In this document: positions 19,627 to 28,625 of the stretch, one piece after another
Numbering within the stretch: the first letter of the stretch is position 1
How the letters are laid out: the number at the start of each line of letters is the position of its first letter
NCBI GenBank assembly: GCA_043754515.1
Contig: JAYUUO010000086.1
Span: 1-46,637 of the forward strand
Origin: Armatimonadota bacterium
GTDB taxonomy: Bacteria; Armatimonadota; Armatimonadia; Armatimonadales; Armatimonadaceae
DNA length: 46,637 nucleotides
Direction of reading: 5' to 3'
Position numbers and translations under genes: made by a program
The notes under the pieces: model-generated
Databases searched by the model: none
Seen by the model: the letters and a program-made list of their open reading frames with translations, nothing else
What the model was told of the DNA's origin: nothing

Positions 19627-20343
19627 ATGACCCCTTACCAAATGAAGCCGTTCATTCATCTCGGTGCCGTGATCGTGCTGATGGCGATCCTCGGCATCTT
19701 CACGGGAACCCGTATGCAACAACGGGGACAGTGGCTCCCCGTCGTGCCTAACGAGATCGGCCCGTGGACAGCCGTAGATGTACCCCTGGAATCGACCACG
19801 GTGAAACTTTTAGGCGCACCGAAAACGCTCGGTAGACAGTACAAAAACCCGTTCGACGAGCCGGTTGACGCGCACGTGATCGCCGGTGCCTCGTTCGACG
19901 CGTATCACGAACCAGCGATGTGCATGAGCGGCTACGGGTTCACGGTCACCGCGCAGATATTCCCGGAGGTATTCGGCAAGGGCAACACAGCGCGCGCTCT
20001 GGTGCTCAAGCATGAGGACAGCGGCGTGCGCGTGTTGATGCTGTTCTGGGTGCAGTATGAGGACGGGAGCACCTCCGGCATCGGCGATATGCACGCCTAT
20101 GCCGACCTCAATCAGCGGATGAAGGTCGGGTGGAGCACCGTGATTAACAACAGGCAGTGTGTCATAATCCGTGCTTACACGCGCGTAGCCGCCGGGGATG
20201 CGAACAGCGCGCAGGCGCGGCGGAACCTGTACGATGTTTCACGCGGTTTGTACGAAGGCATCAAGCGCGACGGCGAGATGTGGCGTGCGCACGCGAATGG
20301 CGTGGCGGCCGTGGGCCGAGACCGGAGCGACGATGCGTCTTAA
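19627..20343 (+). CDS. Exosortase-associated EpsI family protein
   Basis: N-terminal TM helix; PNEIGPW, RQYKNP, YHEPAMCMSGYG (HxPxxC) and LMLFWVQ; follows an exosortase. Confidence 0.85.
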   Translation: MTPYQMKPFIHLGAVIVLMAILGIFTGTRMQQRGQWLPVVPNEIGPWTAVDVPLESTTVKLLGAPKTLGRQYKNPFDEPVDAHVIAGASFDAYHEPAMCMSGYGFTVTAQIFPEVFGKGNTARALVLKHEDSGVRVLMLFWVQYEDGSTSGIGDMHAYADLNQRMKVGWSTVINNRQCVIIRAYTRVAAGDANSAQARRNLYDVSRGLYEGIKRDGEMWRAHANGVAAVGRDRSDDAS

Positions 20344-21040
20344 CATGAATCGTCTAGTGCCGATGGTAGTCGTACCCCTGGCATTGCTCCCCGTCGGTTG
20401 CTCAAGTGGTTTGAAGGGACGCGGTCAGGAGATCGACCTCATATCCGAAACCCCGTCACATGCGACGCCGCGGCCGACCGGTTCGGGCCCACTCTGGCCA
20501 CTGACACCGGGGAGGGCATGGCAGACGCTGACCCTCCGCCCGGATCAGCCCAATACGCCGAGCGAGATCCGGGTCACCGGCCCGTACCGTTCGGCAGACG
20601 GGCGGGCCGGGGAGATGGTGCAGTCCTACCGCGCGGGGAAGTTGTTCCGCGTCGAGGTGTTCCAGATAGACCCGAAGGGCAACATGAAAATGTTGGCACT
20701 GGGCGAATCGCCCGACAAGTTGCTGGTCTTCACGCCCTCCGTCCCGTTCCTGAACGCCCCCGTCAAGGAGGGCGAGGCGATGCAGTGGCGTGGAACCGCG
20801 CGTCTGAAAAACCAGGACTATCCGGCGACCGCCTACCACCGGATGAGCGCGGTGGACACGGTGAAGACCCCGTTCGATTCGTTGCTCGCCTACCGACTCG
20901 ACTGCATTATATCCCTTATGAATGGTACTCAGCGGATTGATTATCCGGGTGTCTACTGGCTCGTCCCCGGCAAAGGCATCGCCCAACGCCGACTCGCCGA
21001 CCAAGGCAAGGTCGCGCTCGAAGTCATCACCCGGTTCTAA
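20333..21040 (+). CDS. Lipoprotein (beta-rich, DUF3108/TapB-like)
   Basis: Lipobox PVGC; VKTPF..AYRL and YWLVPGKGI motifs; overlaps the epsI stop; paralog of 23009..23725. Confidence 0.78.
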   Translation: MRLNMNRLVPMVVVPLALLPVGCSSGLKGRGQEIDLISETPSHATPRPTGSGPLWPLTPGRAWQTLTLRPDQPNTPSEIRVTGPYRSADGRAGEMVQSYRAGKLFRVEVFQIDPKGNMKMLALGESPDKLLVFTPSVPFLNAPVKEGEAMQWRGTARLKNQDYPATAYHRMSAVDTVKTPFDSLLAYRLDCIISLMNGTQRIDYPGVYWLVPGKGIAQRRLADQGKVALEVITRF

Positions 21041-21070
21041 CCTTTATCGCCTCACAAAGTCGCTCACGCC

Positions 21071-22234
21071 ATGACGCCCCTAAACACCGCCCCTGACATC
21101 CCCCGCGCCCCCGACGTTGCCGCCCCCGACGCGCAACCGGGGAAACGCCCGCTATCGGGGCTTGCCTCCATCGGGGGGGGAATTATTGCCGTATTTCGGC
21201 GCAGCCCCGAATGGCTCGTGATCGTCTTCGCCTGGGTCGCGGCGGGGTTCATCCCGGCGTTCTGGTTTATGGGCGAGGACCACTGGTGGGTACAGTCCAC
21301 TTCGCCTCTGGTCTTCGAGCCGTTCGTGCCGCTCTTGTGTGCCGTGTTAATCTGGCAGGATCGCGAGCGGCTGATGGACGCGTGGCAACGGACGCCGCGC
21401 AACAAGCGAATCGGCTCACCGGTTTTGCTCTGGGTCGGTTGCGCCTTGATTTTGGTCTCGCACTTAATTCACGTGCTGACGGTGGCGGCAGCGGGTCTGC
21501 TGATCGCGGCGGCGGGGGTCGTTTATCTGGGCTACGGGCCAATCGTACTCATGCAAGCACGGCGCGCCCTGCTGTTCGGACTGCTTCTCATCCCTCCCCC
21601 GGTGAAGCCGATTGATGTGGCATCGAAACTGTGTAGCAGATCAGCCTGGAACATCCTTTACACCATTCTGCTGAAGCTAAAGCGCATCCCCCCGCGTGGA
21701 CAGAGCGACGATATCTTCACCCTGATGGTTAGCGGTCGTGTGTATCAGGCGGAAAACACACAGTTGTCCGCGATCTTCATCACCGGGTTTGTATTGCTTT
21801 TCTTCGCGGTATGGCGTCGGAGGCGCTTCGGGGAGGCCGTGGTGAGCATGGCGTTCGGCGGCCTGATCGCCGCTGTACTCACAGTCCTGGTACCCTTGAT
21901 CGCGCTACTGCTACCGGTGACACCGCTCACGGATATGCTGGTACACATCCACCCGCTCCTCGTCGCGGCAGCGGCGGTCGGCATCACCGTCGGCGTGAGC
22001 GCACGGCTCGGGGCGTGGTCCTCCGCCCTCCTGGAACGCTCCCACGCGCTGGGGAGAATATCGCAGAGTGCCCAGAAGCTTACGGACCGGGCCGCCTCGG
22101 GCGTCGCGGCGGGCATGGGCGGTAGCATCGGGCGGGCGAGACGCGGCGCGGGGAAGCACACCGAGGCCGCCATGGATAAGTTCTTCGCCGCAATCGTCAA
22201 GCCGTTCAAGCGCAAGCGGCGTGACCGCTGGTAG
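21071..22234 (+). CDS. Degenerate exosortase paralog lacking the catalytic Cys and Arg
   Basis: PLVFEPFVPLLCAVLIWQDRE aligns with ALGFQPFVPLGVGYLIWAERD, and LLIPPP with MVPIP. The CSG and NxxR motifs are absent. The ORF is intact. Confidence 0.75.
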   Translation: MTPLNTAPDIPRAPDVAAPDAQPGKRPLSGLASIGGGIIAVFRRSPEWLVIVFAWVAAGFIPAFWFMGEDHWWVQSTSPLVFEPFVPLLCAVLIWQDRERLMDAWQRTPRNKRIGSPVLLWVGCALILVSHLIHVLTVAAAGLLIAAAGVVYLGYGPIVLMQARRALLFGLLLIPPPVKPIDVASKLCSRSAWNILYTILLKLKRIPPRGQSDDIFTLMVSGRVYQAENTQLSAIFITGFVLLFFAVWRRRRFGEAVVSMAFGGLIAAVLTVLVPLIALLLPVTPLTDMLVHIHPLLVAAAAVGITVGVSARLGAWSSALLERSHALGRISQSAQKLTDRAASGVAAGMGGSIGRARRGAGKHTEAAMDKFFAAIVKPFKRKRRDRW

Positions 22235-22253
22235 CCACGAAAGAGATACCCTC

Positions 22254-23012
22254 ATGCTCGATACCGAAGTCATCACCCCCGTCATTCTGCTGAGTTTCGT
22301 CGTCTCCGCGCTCGCCCTGGCACTCGCGGTCATCGGATTGTTCGTTAACCGTCGTCGGTTCCAACTGGCGGCACGTGTCGCGATCCCGCTCGCCGCCGTC
22401 GCCTTCGCGGGAACCTTCGCGACCTACCGCTTCCGCCACGCCGGTTCCTGGCTCCCCCCGCTCCCAGACGCGGTGGGCGACTGGAAGGCTATTGATACCC
22501 CAGTCCCCAAAGACACGCTGGCACTGCTCGGCTTCCCGATGGCCCGCGGACACGAGTATCAGAACCCGTTCGGAGAAATGGTGTATTCGTCTGCGGTGTG
22601 CGCGGGGCCGTTCGAGAACTATCATGACCCGACCGTGTGCGTGGTCGGAAACGGCTTCGCGCTGACCGCCAAGAAAACGCTTCCGATGGGCGTCGGAAAC
22701 TGGCGCGTCCGGGCGATGATCTTCAAGCGCTCGATAGGCAACGGCGACCTGCGGATCATGATGTACTATTGGACACAGACTCGCGCGGGGCACACGGCGA
22801 CCGAGGCGCGCATGGGCAACTTCCAGGACATGTCCGCGCGCCTGCAGACCGGCTACAGTTCCGTGGTACAGGGCGAGCAGAACGTAATCCTGCGCATCTA
22901 CGCGATAGTCCCGCCCGACGACCCGGACGGGATCCAGGCGCAACGCAACCTCAACGAAGTGTGCCACGCCACTTATGAGATGTTACTGAAAGACGGGGCG
23001 AAGAAACAATGA
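22254..23012 (+). CDS. Second EpsI family protein
   Basis: WLPPLPDAVGDW, EYQNPF, YHDPTVCVVGNG, MYYWTQ and QAQRNL; two N-terminal TM helices. Confidence 0.85.
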   Translation: MLDTEVITPVILLSFVVSALALALAVIGLFVNRRRFQLAARVAIPLAAVAFAGTFATYRFRHAGSWLPPLPDAVGDWKAIDTPVPKDTLALLGFPMARGHEYQNPFGEMVYSSAVCAGPFENYHDPTVCVVGNGFALTAKKTLPMGVGNWRVRAMIFKRSIGNGDLRIMMYYWTQTRAGHTATEARMGNFQDMSARLQTGYSSVVQGEQNVILRIYAIVPPDDPDGIQAQRNLNEVCHATYEMLLKDGAKKQ

Positions 23013-23725
23013 AACTCCGACAAACCTTTCCACGAATGTTGCTCCTGCTAATCCCGCTCGCCGCGCTGTTATCGGGTTGCGGATCGGACGGACGCGACGG
23101 CGGCGCGGACATGAAGTACCTGCGTACTCCCGATCCGGACGGGGACAAGAAAAAAGTGGTCGAGGATCGGGTCTCGCTCCTTTTCCCAACCGGCAAGGAT
23201 CGGGTCTGGCAGGTCGCGGTTCATGCCATGGGCACGAACACGCAGGAGACCGTGCGGGTAGATGTCCCGCACACGGTCGGGAAGTTGAAGGACGCCACCA
23301 CTCTGACCATGTACCAGAACAACAAGCCGTACCGGAGCGAGATGTTTTTAGTCAAGCCCGACGCGCTGTCGCTGGCCGCGGCGGGCGGTGCCGACAAAAT
23401 GGTGATGTCCCCGCCGATGGTGCTCCTGCGCAATGACTCCGCTGAAGGAGCGGAGTATAAGTGGGAGGGCGAGATTACTTTCAAAGGGGCGAAGGCCCCC
23501 GCGCAGGCTTACAGCCGCGTGTACGCCCCGCGCGAGGTGGACACGCCCGCCGGTAAGTTCAAGGCGTACCGCGTGGATACGTCGCTGACCACGATCATCG
23601 AAGGACACGCGGTCACGTTCCCCGCCTCGCGTTGGTTCGCCCCCGGTGTCGGCATCGTCCGCCAAACTTTCCGGGTCGGCAACGCCTCCGTGGAAAAAGA
23701 ACTGGTCTCATACAAGGGCGGGTAG
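23009..23725 (+). CDS. Lipoprotein (DUF3108/TapB-like), paralog of 20333..21040
   Basis: Lipobox LSGC; VDTPAGKFKAYRV and WFAPGVGIV; ATGA overlap with the second epsI. Confidence 0.8.
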   Translation: MKLRQTFPRMLLLLIPLAALLSGCGSDGRDGGADMKYLRTPDPDGDKKKVVEDRVSLLFPTGKDRVWQVAVHAMGTNTQETVRVDVPHTVGKLKDATTLTMYQNNKPYRSEMFLVKPDALSLAAAGGADKMVMSPPMVLLRNDSAEGAEYKWEGEITFKGAKAPAQAYSRVYAPREVDTPAGKFKAYRVDTSLTTIIEGHAVTFPASRWFAPGVGIVRQTFRVGNASVEKELVSYKGG

Positions 23726-23737
23726 CCGAGGCACCCG

Positions 23738-24424
23738 ATGCTATCCGCCTCCCTGGCCCCCCCTAGGCGAATGCCCTGGGGCCCCTACGTCCTACCGATG
23801 ACGTTGTTTCTGGTCGCGACGTTTGTGGAAGGCCATCTGCCCAAGCACTGGTACCCTCTCGCCTATACGGCGAAGGCGGTGCTGGTCACTGCGATGCTGG
23901 TGGTCGGTTGCCGCACCTGGAAAAACGAGTTGCGCGGCGGCGGCGGGGCTATCTTCTTCGGCATACTGGCGGGGCTGGCCGGTCTGCCGCTCTGGCTCGC
24001 GGTGGACGCCGTGACGCCGCACCTGTCCTTCCTGGGCACTCGTGCCGCGTACAACCCGTTCCTGGAGATCCCCGACGCCCCGGCGCGTTGGGCGTTCCTC
24101 GCGGCCCGCTTCTTCGGGCTTGCGGTGATGGTACCAGTGATGGAAGAGGTATTCTGGCGTTCGTTCCTGCTCCGCTTCGTGACAGATCAGGACCGATGGA
24201 ATAGCCTACCGATCGGGGCGTTCTCGCTCCCCGCGCTGGCGGTGGTCTGCACCCTCTTCGGCGTCGCGCACCCGGAGTATCTGGCGGCGGTCGTGTTCGC
24301 GCTCCTCATGGCGGGGTTACTTCGGCACACGAAAAGCCTTCTCTCCTGTGTCGTCGCGCACGGCGTCACCAACCTATCCCTCGGCATCTATGTTCTGATG
24401 ACCGGCGATTGGCACTACTGGTAA
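23738..24424 (+). CDS. CAAX prenyl protease-related (CPBP) intramembrane protease, exosortase-associated type
   Basis: VPVMEEVFWRSFL, FGVAH and HGVTN motifs; the N-terminal PYVLP and C-terminal W..W are typical of the PEP-CTERM-linked subfamily. Confidence 0.9.
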   Translation: MLSASLAPPRRMPWGPYVLPMTLFLVATFVEGHLPKHWYPLAYTAKAVLVTAMLVVGCRTWKNELRGGGGAIFFGILAGLAGLPLWLAVDAVTPHLSFLGTRAAYNPFLEIPDAPARWAFLAARFFGLAVMVPVMEEVFWRSFLLRFVTDQDRWNSLPIGAFSLPALAVVCTLFGVAHPEYLAAVVFALLMAGLLRHTKSLLSCVVAHGVTNLSLGIYVLMTGDWHYW

Positions 24425-24450
24425 GCCAGGCCGGGCTTAAGGCAGAAACG

Positions 24451-25722
24451 TCAAAGGACGAATCCGCCGCCGAGCAACTGATAAATCGCGAGAAGGAGCA
24501 ACACAAATGGCACCGCCAGAACAGATAGCCAGCGTACCGGCATTGCTCCGCCCTCGGGTCCGGGTGGACGCCTCGCCCATGCCAACCCAGTAACAACCGC
24601 CACTGGTAATAGCGCGGGCAAGAAGTACCGCCCCTGCGCCTGAAACACGGTGAGGATGAAACGTAGGTAGAACGGGAGCAGGAGCGGCACGGCGGGCGCG
24701 AACATGGCGATGACCCTGCGCGCCTCGTCACCGAGGTTCCCCCCCTTCGCCTGACGATACAGCGAGGCAAGCGACGTGAGAGGGATCGCAATCACGACGA
24801 GGAGCGGCAGTGCCGGGCCGGTGAAGTGATTGAAGGGCAGATCCGGACGGAGGAAATACCAGAACGTCGCGAAGGAGCGAACCCCGACCTGCCGTAGGTA
24901 GTCGGACGCCGACCAGTGCGCGAGGGCTTGTATATCGGTCGGCGAATAGTTAGGCCCCGTCAGGCGGTATATCTTCAGCGTCAGCGGATCGCCGTAAAGC
25001 ACCGTGTTGCGGATCAGCCAGGGCGACGCGACCGCGGTGCCGAGAAGAAGCGCGCCGACGCAGTAGCCCGCCGCTCGCGGGTAGGTCATTTTATCCCCGC
25101 GTACAGCCAGGAAGTAGGCGAGCGCGAACGCGGGGACGAGTTGAACCACAGACAATTTCGTCCACAACCCTAGCCCGAATAGCACACCGAGCCAGATCAT
25201 CGCTCGATTTGTCTGCCCGCGTAATACAACCGCCCCTAGCCGCCAGTAGATCGCCGCGCAGAGCAACGTGCTCAGTGCGTCGTTGTTTATCGCGCCGCCG
25301 AGTTGCGCCTGAACCGGCAGACATGCTACGAACGCTCCCGCGCCGATCGCAACCTCCCCGAGATCGGGGAACAGGTCGCGACAGGCGTGGAAAACTAACG
25401 CGACGGTCGCGAGTTGCAGAACGGCGGAGACGAGCCGCACGGCGGTTTCGTTGCCCCGCGTCGCCGCATAAACCGGTGCGCAAAGCAGATAATATAGCGG
25501 GGGCTGATGCGCCTCATCGCGGCTCGGTGCCCCCTCGGGAAGTTCGCCGCGCGGGACAAACCGCACCGGTCCCCGCGACTCGACCAGAAGCCGCAAATAG
25601 TCGCGGTGCGCATTCTCGTCCGGGTTATCCCCCACCGGGACGCGGAGCGCAAAGCATAAGGATAGCAGGAGCGACAGGGCGAGAAGCGCGAGCAGGGCGC
25701 GGCGGGAGAGAACGGGACTCAT
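24451..25722 (-). CDS. GT-C membrane glycosyltransferase (family 39/ArnT/DUF2142-like)
   Basis: NPDENAHRDY, HQPPLYY, INNDAL, LWTKLS, PWLIRN and QGRYFLP. Start placed 7 nt after TACAAT. Confidence 0.85.
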   Translation of the reverse strand: MSPVLSRRALLALLALSLLLSLCFALRVPVGDNPDENAHRDYLRLLVESRGPVRFVPRGELPEGAPSRDEAHQPPLYYLLCAPVYAATRGNETAVRLVSAVLQLATVALVFHACRDLFPDLGEVAIGAGAFVACLPVQAQLGGAINNDALSTLLCAAIYWRLGAVVLRGQTNRAMIWLGVLFGLGLWTKLSVVQLVPAFALAYFLAVRGDKMTYPRAAGYCVGALLLGTAVASPWLIRNTVLYGDPLTLKIYRLTGPNYSPTDIQALAHWSASDYLRQVGVRSFATFWYFLRPDLPFNHFTGPALPLLVVIAIPLTSLASLYRQAKGGNLGDEARRVIAMFAPAVPLLLPFYLRFILTVFQAQGRYFLPALLPVAVVTGLAWARRPPGPEGGAMPVRWLSVLAVPFVLLLLAIYQLLGGGFVL

Positions 25723-25799
25723 TAAGCCCATTGTACCGTCCCAACGCGGCGGCGGGAAATCTTCTCGCCGCCGGGCCACTCACGGCCAACGCGGAAAGA

Positions 25800-26411
25800 C
25801 TACGCGGGAAGACGCGGCGTGGCGCGGGTGCGCGGCGCGGGCACGTCCGCTAGGGACACGGACGCCATTTTAGAGCTACCCTGTGCCTCGGGCCGCCACG
25901 CGAACAGGGCGCGGCGTACGCGGCTACGCGCTCGGGACAGACGCGAACGCACCGTGCCGATGGGCAACGCCATCGTGTCGGAAATCTCCTGGTACGACAT
26001 CCCGCGCATGTCGGACAATACAAGCACCTCGCGGTAATCGTCCGGCAGGTTCGCGACGGCGCGATTTACCGCTTCGGACTCCATTCGGGCGAATACCTGA
26101 CGCTCCGGGGACGGTTCGGTCGGCACCACGGGGTCGGGATTCTCAAGCGAATCTAGCGACACCGAATGCGGGGCGCGGACGCGGGCGCGGTAGGAGTTGA
26201 TAAATAGGTTTCGCAAGATGGTCAAGAGCCAAGCCCGGAGGGGACCTTCCGAGCGGAGGGAATCGAACCCGCGCAGGGCGCGCAGATTCGTCTCCTGTAC
26301 CAGATCCTCAGCCTCCTCGGCGTTGCGAGTTAGCGACAGGGCATGCCCGTACAGCATGTCGCGGTGCGGAAGCACTAGCCTCTCGAAGTTATGTTGTGTT
26401 CGCTTAGTCAT
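25800..26411 (-). CDS. ECF-subfamily sigma-70 factor
   Basis: EAEDLVQET, RAWLLTILRN and SYQEISDTMALPIGTVRSRLSRAR. ATGA overlap with the TetR gene. Confidence 0.95.
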   Translation of the reverse strand: MTKRTQHNFERLVLPHRDMLYGHALSLTRNAEEAEDLVQETNLRALRGFDSLRSEGPLRAWLLTILRNLFINSYRARVRAPHSVSLDSLENPDPVVPTEPSPERQVFARMESEAVNRAVANLPDDYREVLVLSDMRGMSYQEISDTMALPIGTVRSRLSRARSRVRRALFAWRPEAQGSSKMASVSLADVPAPRTRATPRLPA

Positions 26412-27106
26412 TTGAGTTGATCCGTTCCGGCTATCGTCGTTCGCGGCATTCCCATTAGTTGCGAGACATGGCTCCGCACTCGGTTCAGGTTCCGGGTGGC
26501 CGCCTCGTCATCCCCAAAAAGTGTGTGGTGTAAAAGCACCCCGTCCACAACGGCGACCATGTATCCGGCGAGTTCCGGGACGGTCAGTCCGGGGGCGAGC
26601 GTGCCACCCTCCGCCAGATGCCGCCCGATGATCTCTTCCACGAAGCATTGATAACCGCCATAGACCACGCACGCCTCCCGCCGGGCATCCTCATCCCGGA
26701 AGCCGCGTACGGCGAGGTCAAACCGCAATATGCCGGGACGACGTAACATCAACTGTAGCGTGATCCCGAACGCCCGGTTCATCATTTCCTCGGCGGTGTC
26801 CACTCCAGCGAGCGCGTCCCGCATCCGGCGATCCACCCACCACTGGGCGTAACGCACCGTCTCAGTCAGCACGGCTTCCTTGTTGCCAAAGTGGTAATGT
26901 AGGGTCGCGATGTTGATCCCCGCCGCCTCGGCGATGCGGCGCGTGGTGATCTTCTCGAAACCGACCTGCGACAGGATAGTCCACGAGGCGGCAAGAATAC
27001 GTTCCCGTCGCTCCTCGCCGCTCTCACGCTTGCTATGCCCGCCGTCTTCCTGCCGCACATCGGGCGTTATCTTGGTCGCCTCTTCCGAATTTAATTTAAC
27101 CATCAT
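26408..27106 (-). CDS. TetR/AcrR family transcriptional regulator
   Basis: RRERILAAS...GFEKITTRRIAEAAGINIATLHYHFGNKE HTH. Confidence 0.93.
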   Translation of the reverse strand: MMVKLNSEEATKITPDVRQEDGGHSKRESGEERRERILAASWTILSQVGFEKITTRRIAEAAGINIATLHYHFGNKEAVLTETVRYAQWWVDRRMRDALAGVDTAEEMMNRAFGITLQLMLRRPGILRFDLAVRGFRDEDARREACVVYGGYQCFVEEIIGRHLAEGGTLAPGLTVPELAGYMVAVVDGVLLHHTLFGDDEAATRNLNRVRSHVSQLMGMPRTTIAGTDQLK

Positions 27107-27216
27107 TAGCCGCGCGTCCTTCCACGACCATTCCTCGTCCCTCCCCAAGCGATTGGGGAATAAAGCACACGGGATAGGTCGCTTGTTTACTGTGACTGAC
27201 CTAACCTGGGAGTTGT

Positions 27217-27232
27217 TCCATCAATTGATTGA
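27217..27232. promoter_or_regulatory. Candidate TetR operator palindrome
   Basis: TCCATCAATTGATTGA, a 16-bp palindrome with one mismatched pair, in the tetR/galK divergent region. Confidence 0.5.
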
Positions 27233-27323
27233 TTAGTTCGGGAGGGGCGAGTGATTGATATAGTTCACCTTCCGGGGACGCCCACCACGATGTATTCAGT
27301 TCCAGATCGAATACAAGTTCGCC

Positions 27324-27352
27324 TTGACAGACGATGCGGAACTCGCTAACAT
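27324..27352 (+). promoter_or_regulatory. Sigma-70 promoter of galK
   Basis: TTGACA-N17-TAACAT, 9 nt before ATG 27362. Confidence 0.75.
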
Positions 27353-27361
27353 TCTGCTCTT

Positions 27362-28585
27362 ATGGACAATTTTAACATCAGCGACGACAGCCGACGCGAG
27401 GCATTGATCGAGGAGGCGCGGCGGGGCTTCGTCGAGCGGTTCGGGCCCGAGCCGGACGCGGTCGGTGTCGCGCCAGGCCGCGTCGAGCTGCTCGGCAATC
27501 ACACCGACTACAACGAGGGCTTCGTACTTACCGCCGCTATTGATAGGGGCATTGCCGTCGCCGGCTCTAAACGCGAGGTACCTGGCGCGCGTGTTGCTTC
27601 GTTGGAGCGCGGCGACACAGCCACCTTCGACCCCGCCCGGCCTGAGCGCGACCCGCGAGCCCTCTGGGGCGACTACGTCAAGGGGATCGTGGACCAGTTG
27701 AACCGGGTCGGCGTCGGGGTCGGCGGCTTCGATGCCCTGATCGCCTCCGACATCCCGGCGGGTGCTGGCGTCTCCTCGTCCGCCGCGCTCCTGGTCTCCA
27801 CCGCCCAGCTCCTCCTGAACCTGCACCCACACACCCTCGCGGGCGACCCCATGGCACTCGCGAAACTCGCCCGACGCGCCGAGAACGAGTTCGTCGGCGC
27901 GCCAGTCGGCCTGCTCGACCAGTTCTCCTCTGTGTTCGGGCGCGCCGGGCACGCCCTGTTCCTGGACTGCCGCTCTCTGGAGTGGCGGGCCGTCGCGCTA
28001 CCCGGCGACGCCGCGCATATCCTGATCGCCGACTCGGGCGTCAAGCACGCGCTGGCGGCGGGCGGGGGCTACGCCGAGCGGCGGGCGCAGTGCGAGGCGG
28101 CGGCGGCGTGGTTCTCGGAGCGCGAGCCGGGCAGAAGCATCCGCTCTCTGCGCGACGTGACGCCGGAGATGCTGGAGGCGTACGCGCCGGAGCTCGACCC
28201 GGTGCTTGGGAAGCGGGCGCGGCACATCGTGTACGAGAACGCGCGAGTCGTGATGGGCGCGGAGGCACTGGAGGGTGGCAATGTGGCGGCGTTCGGGGAG
28301 ATGATGTCGCTCACGCACGAGTCGTGCCGCCGGTTCTTCGAGAACTCGTGCGAGGAGGTAGACGCCCTGGTGGAGATCGCGTCCGCGCACGAAGGGGTAT
28401 ATGGCGCGAAACTGTCGGGGGGCGGGTGGGGCGGGTGCGCGGTGATCCTGCACGCGCCGGAGGCGACCGACGCTCTGTGTGCCGCGCTGACAGCGGGCTA
28501 CCGGGCGCGGTTCGGGCGCGAGGTGGGATTGCTACCGACGGTCGCGGCGCGGGGCGCGGAGTCCTTCCGCTTCGGGGCGGGATAG
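27362..28585 (+). CDS. galK: Galactokinase
   Basis: APGRVELLGNHTDYNEG signature, PAGAGVSSSAA GHMP motif and GAKLSGGGWGG. Confidence 0.95.
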   Translation: MDNFNISDDSRREALIEEARRGFVERFGPEPDAVGVAPGRVELLGNHTDYNEGFVLTAAIDRGIAVAGSKREVPGARVASLERGDTATFDPARPERDPRALWGDYVKGIVDQLNRVGVGVGGFDALIASDIPAGAGVSSSAALLVSTAQLLLNLHPHTLAGDPMALAKLARRAENEFVGAPVGLLDQFSSVFGRAGHALFLDCRSLEWRAVALPGDAAHILIADSGVKHALAAGGGYAERRAQCEAAAAWFSEREPGRSIRSLRDVTPEMLEAYAPELDPVLGKRARHIVYENARVVMGAEALEGGNVAAFGEMMSLTHESCRRFFENSCEEVDALVEIASAHEGVYGAKLSGGGWGGCAVILHAPEATDALCAALTAGYRARFGREVGLLPTVAARGAESFRFGAG

Positions 28586-28625
28586 TGGCAAACACGGGCA
28601 CGTCCGGCGTGCTATAATAGCAGTC

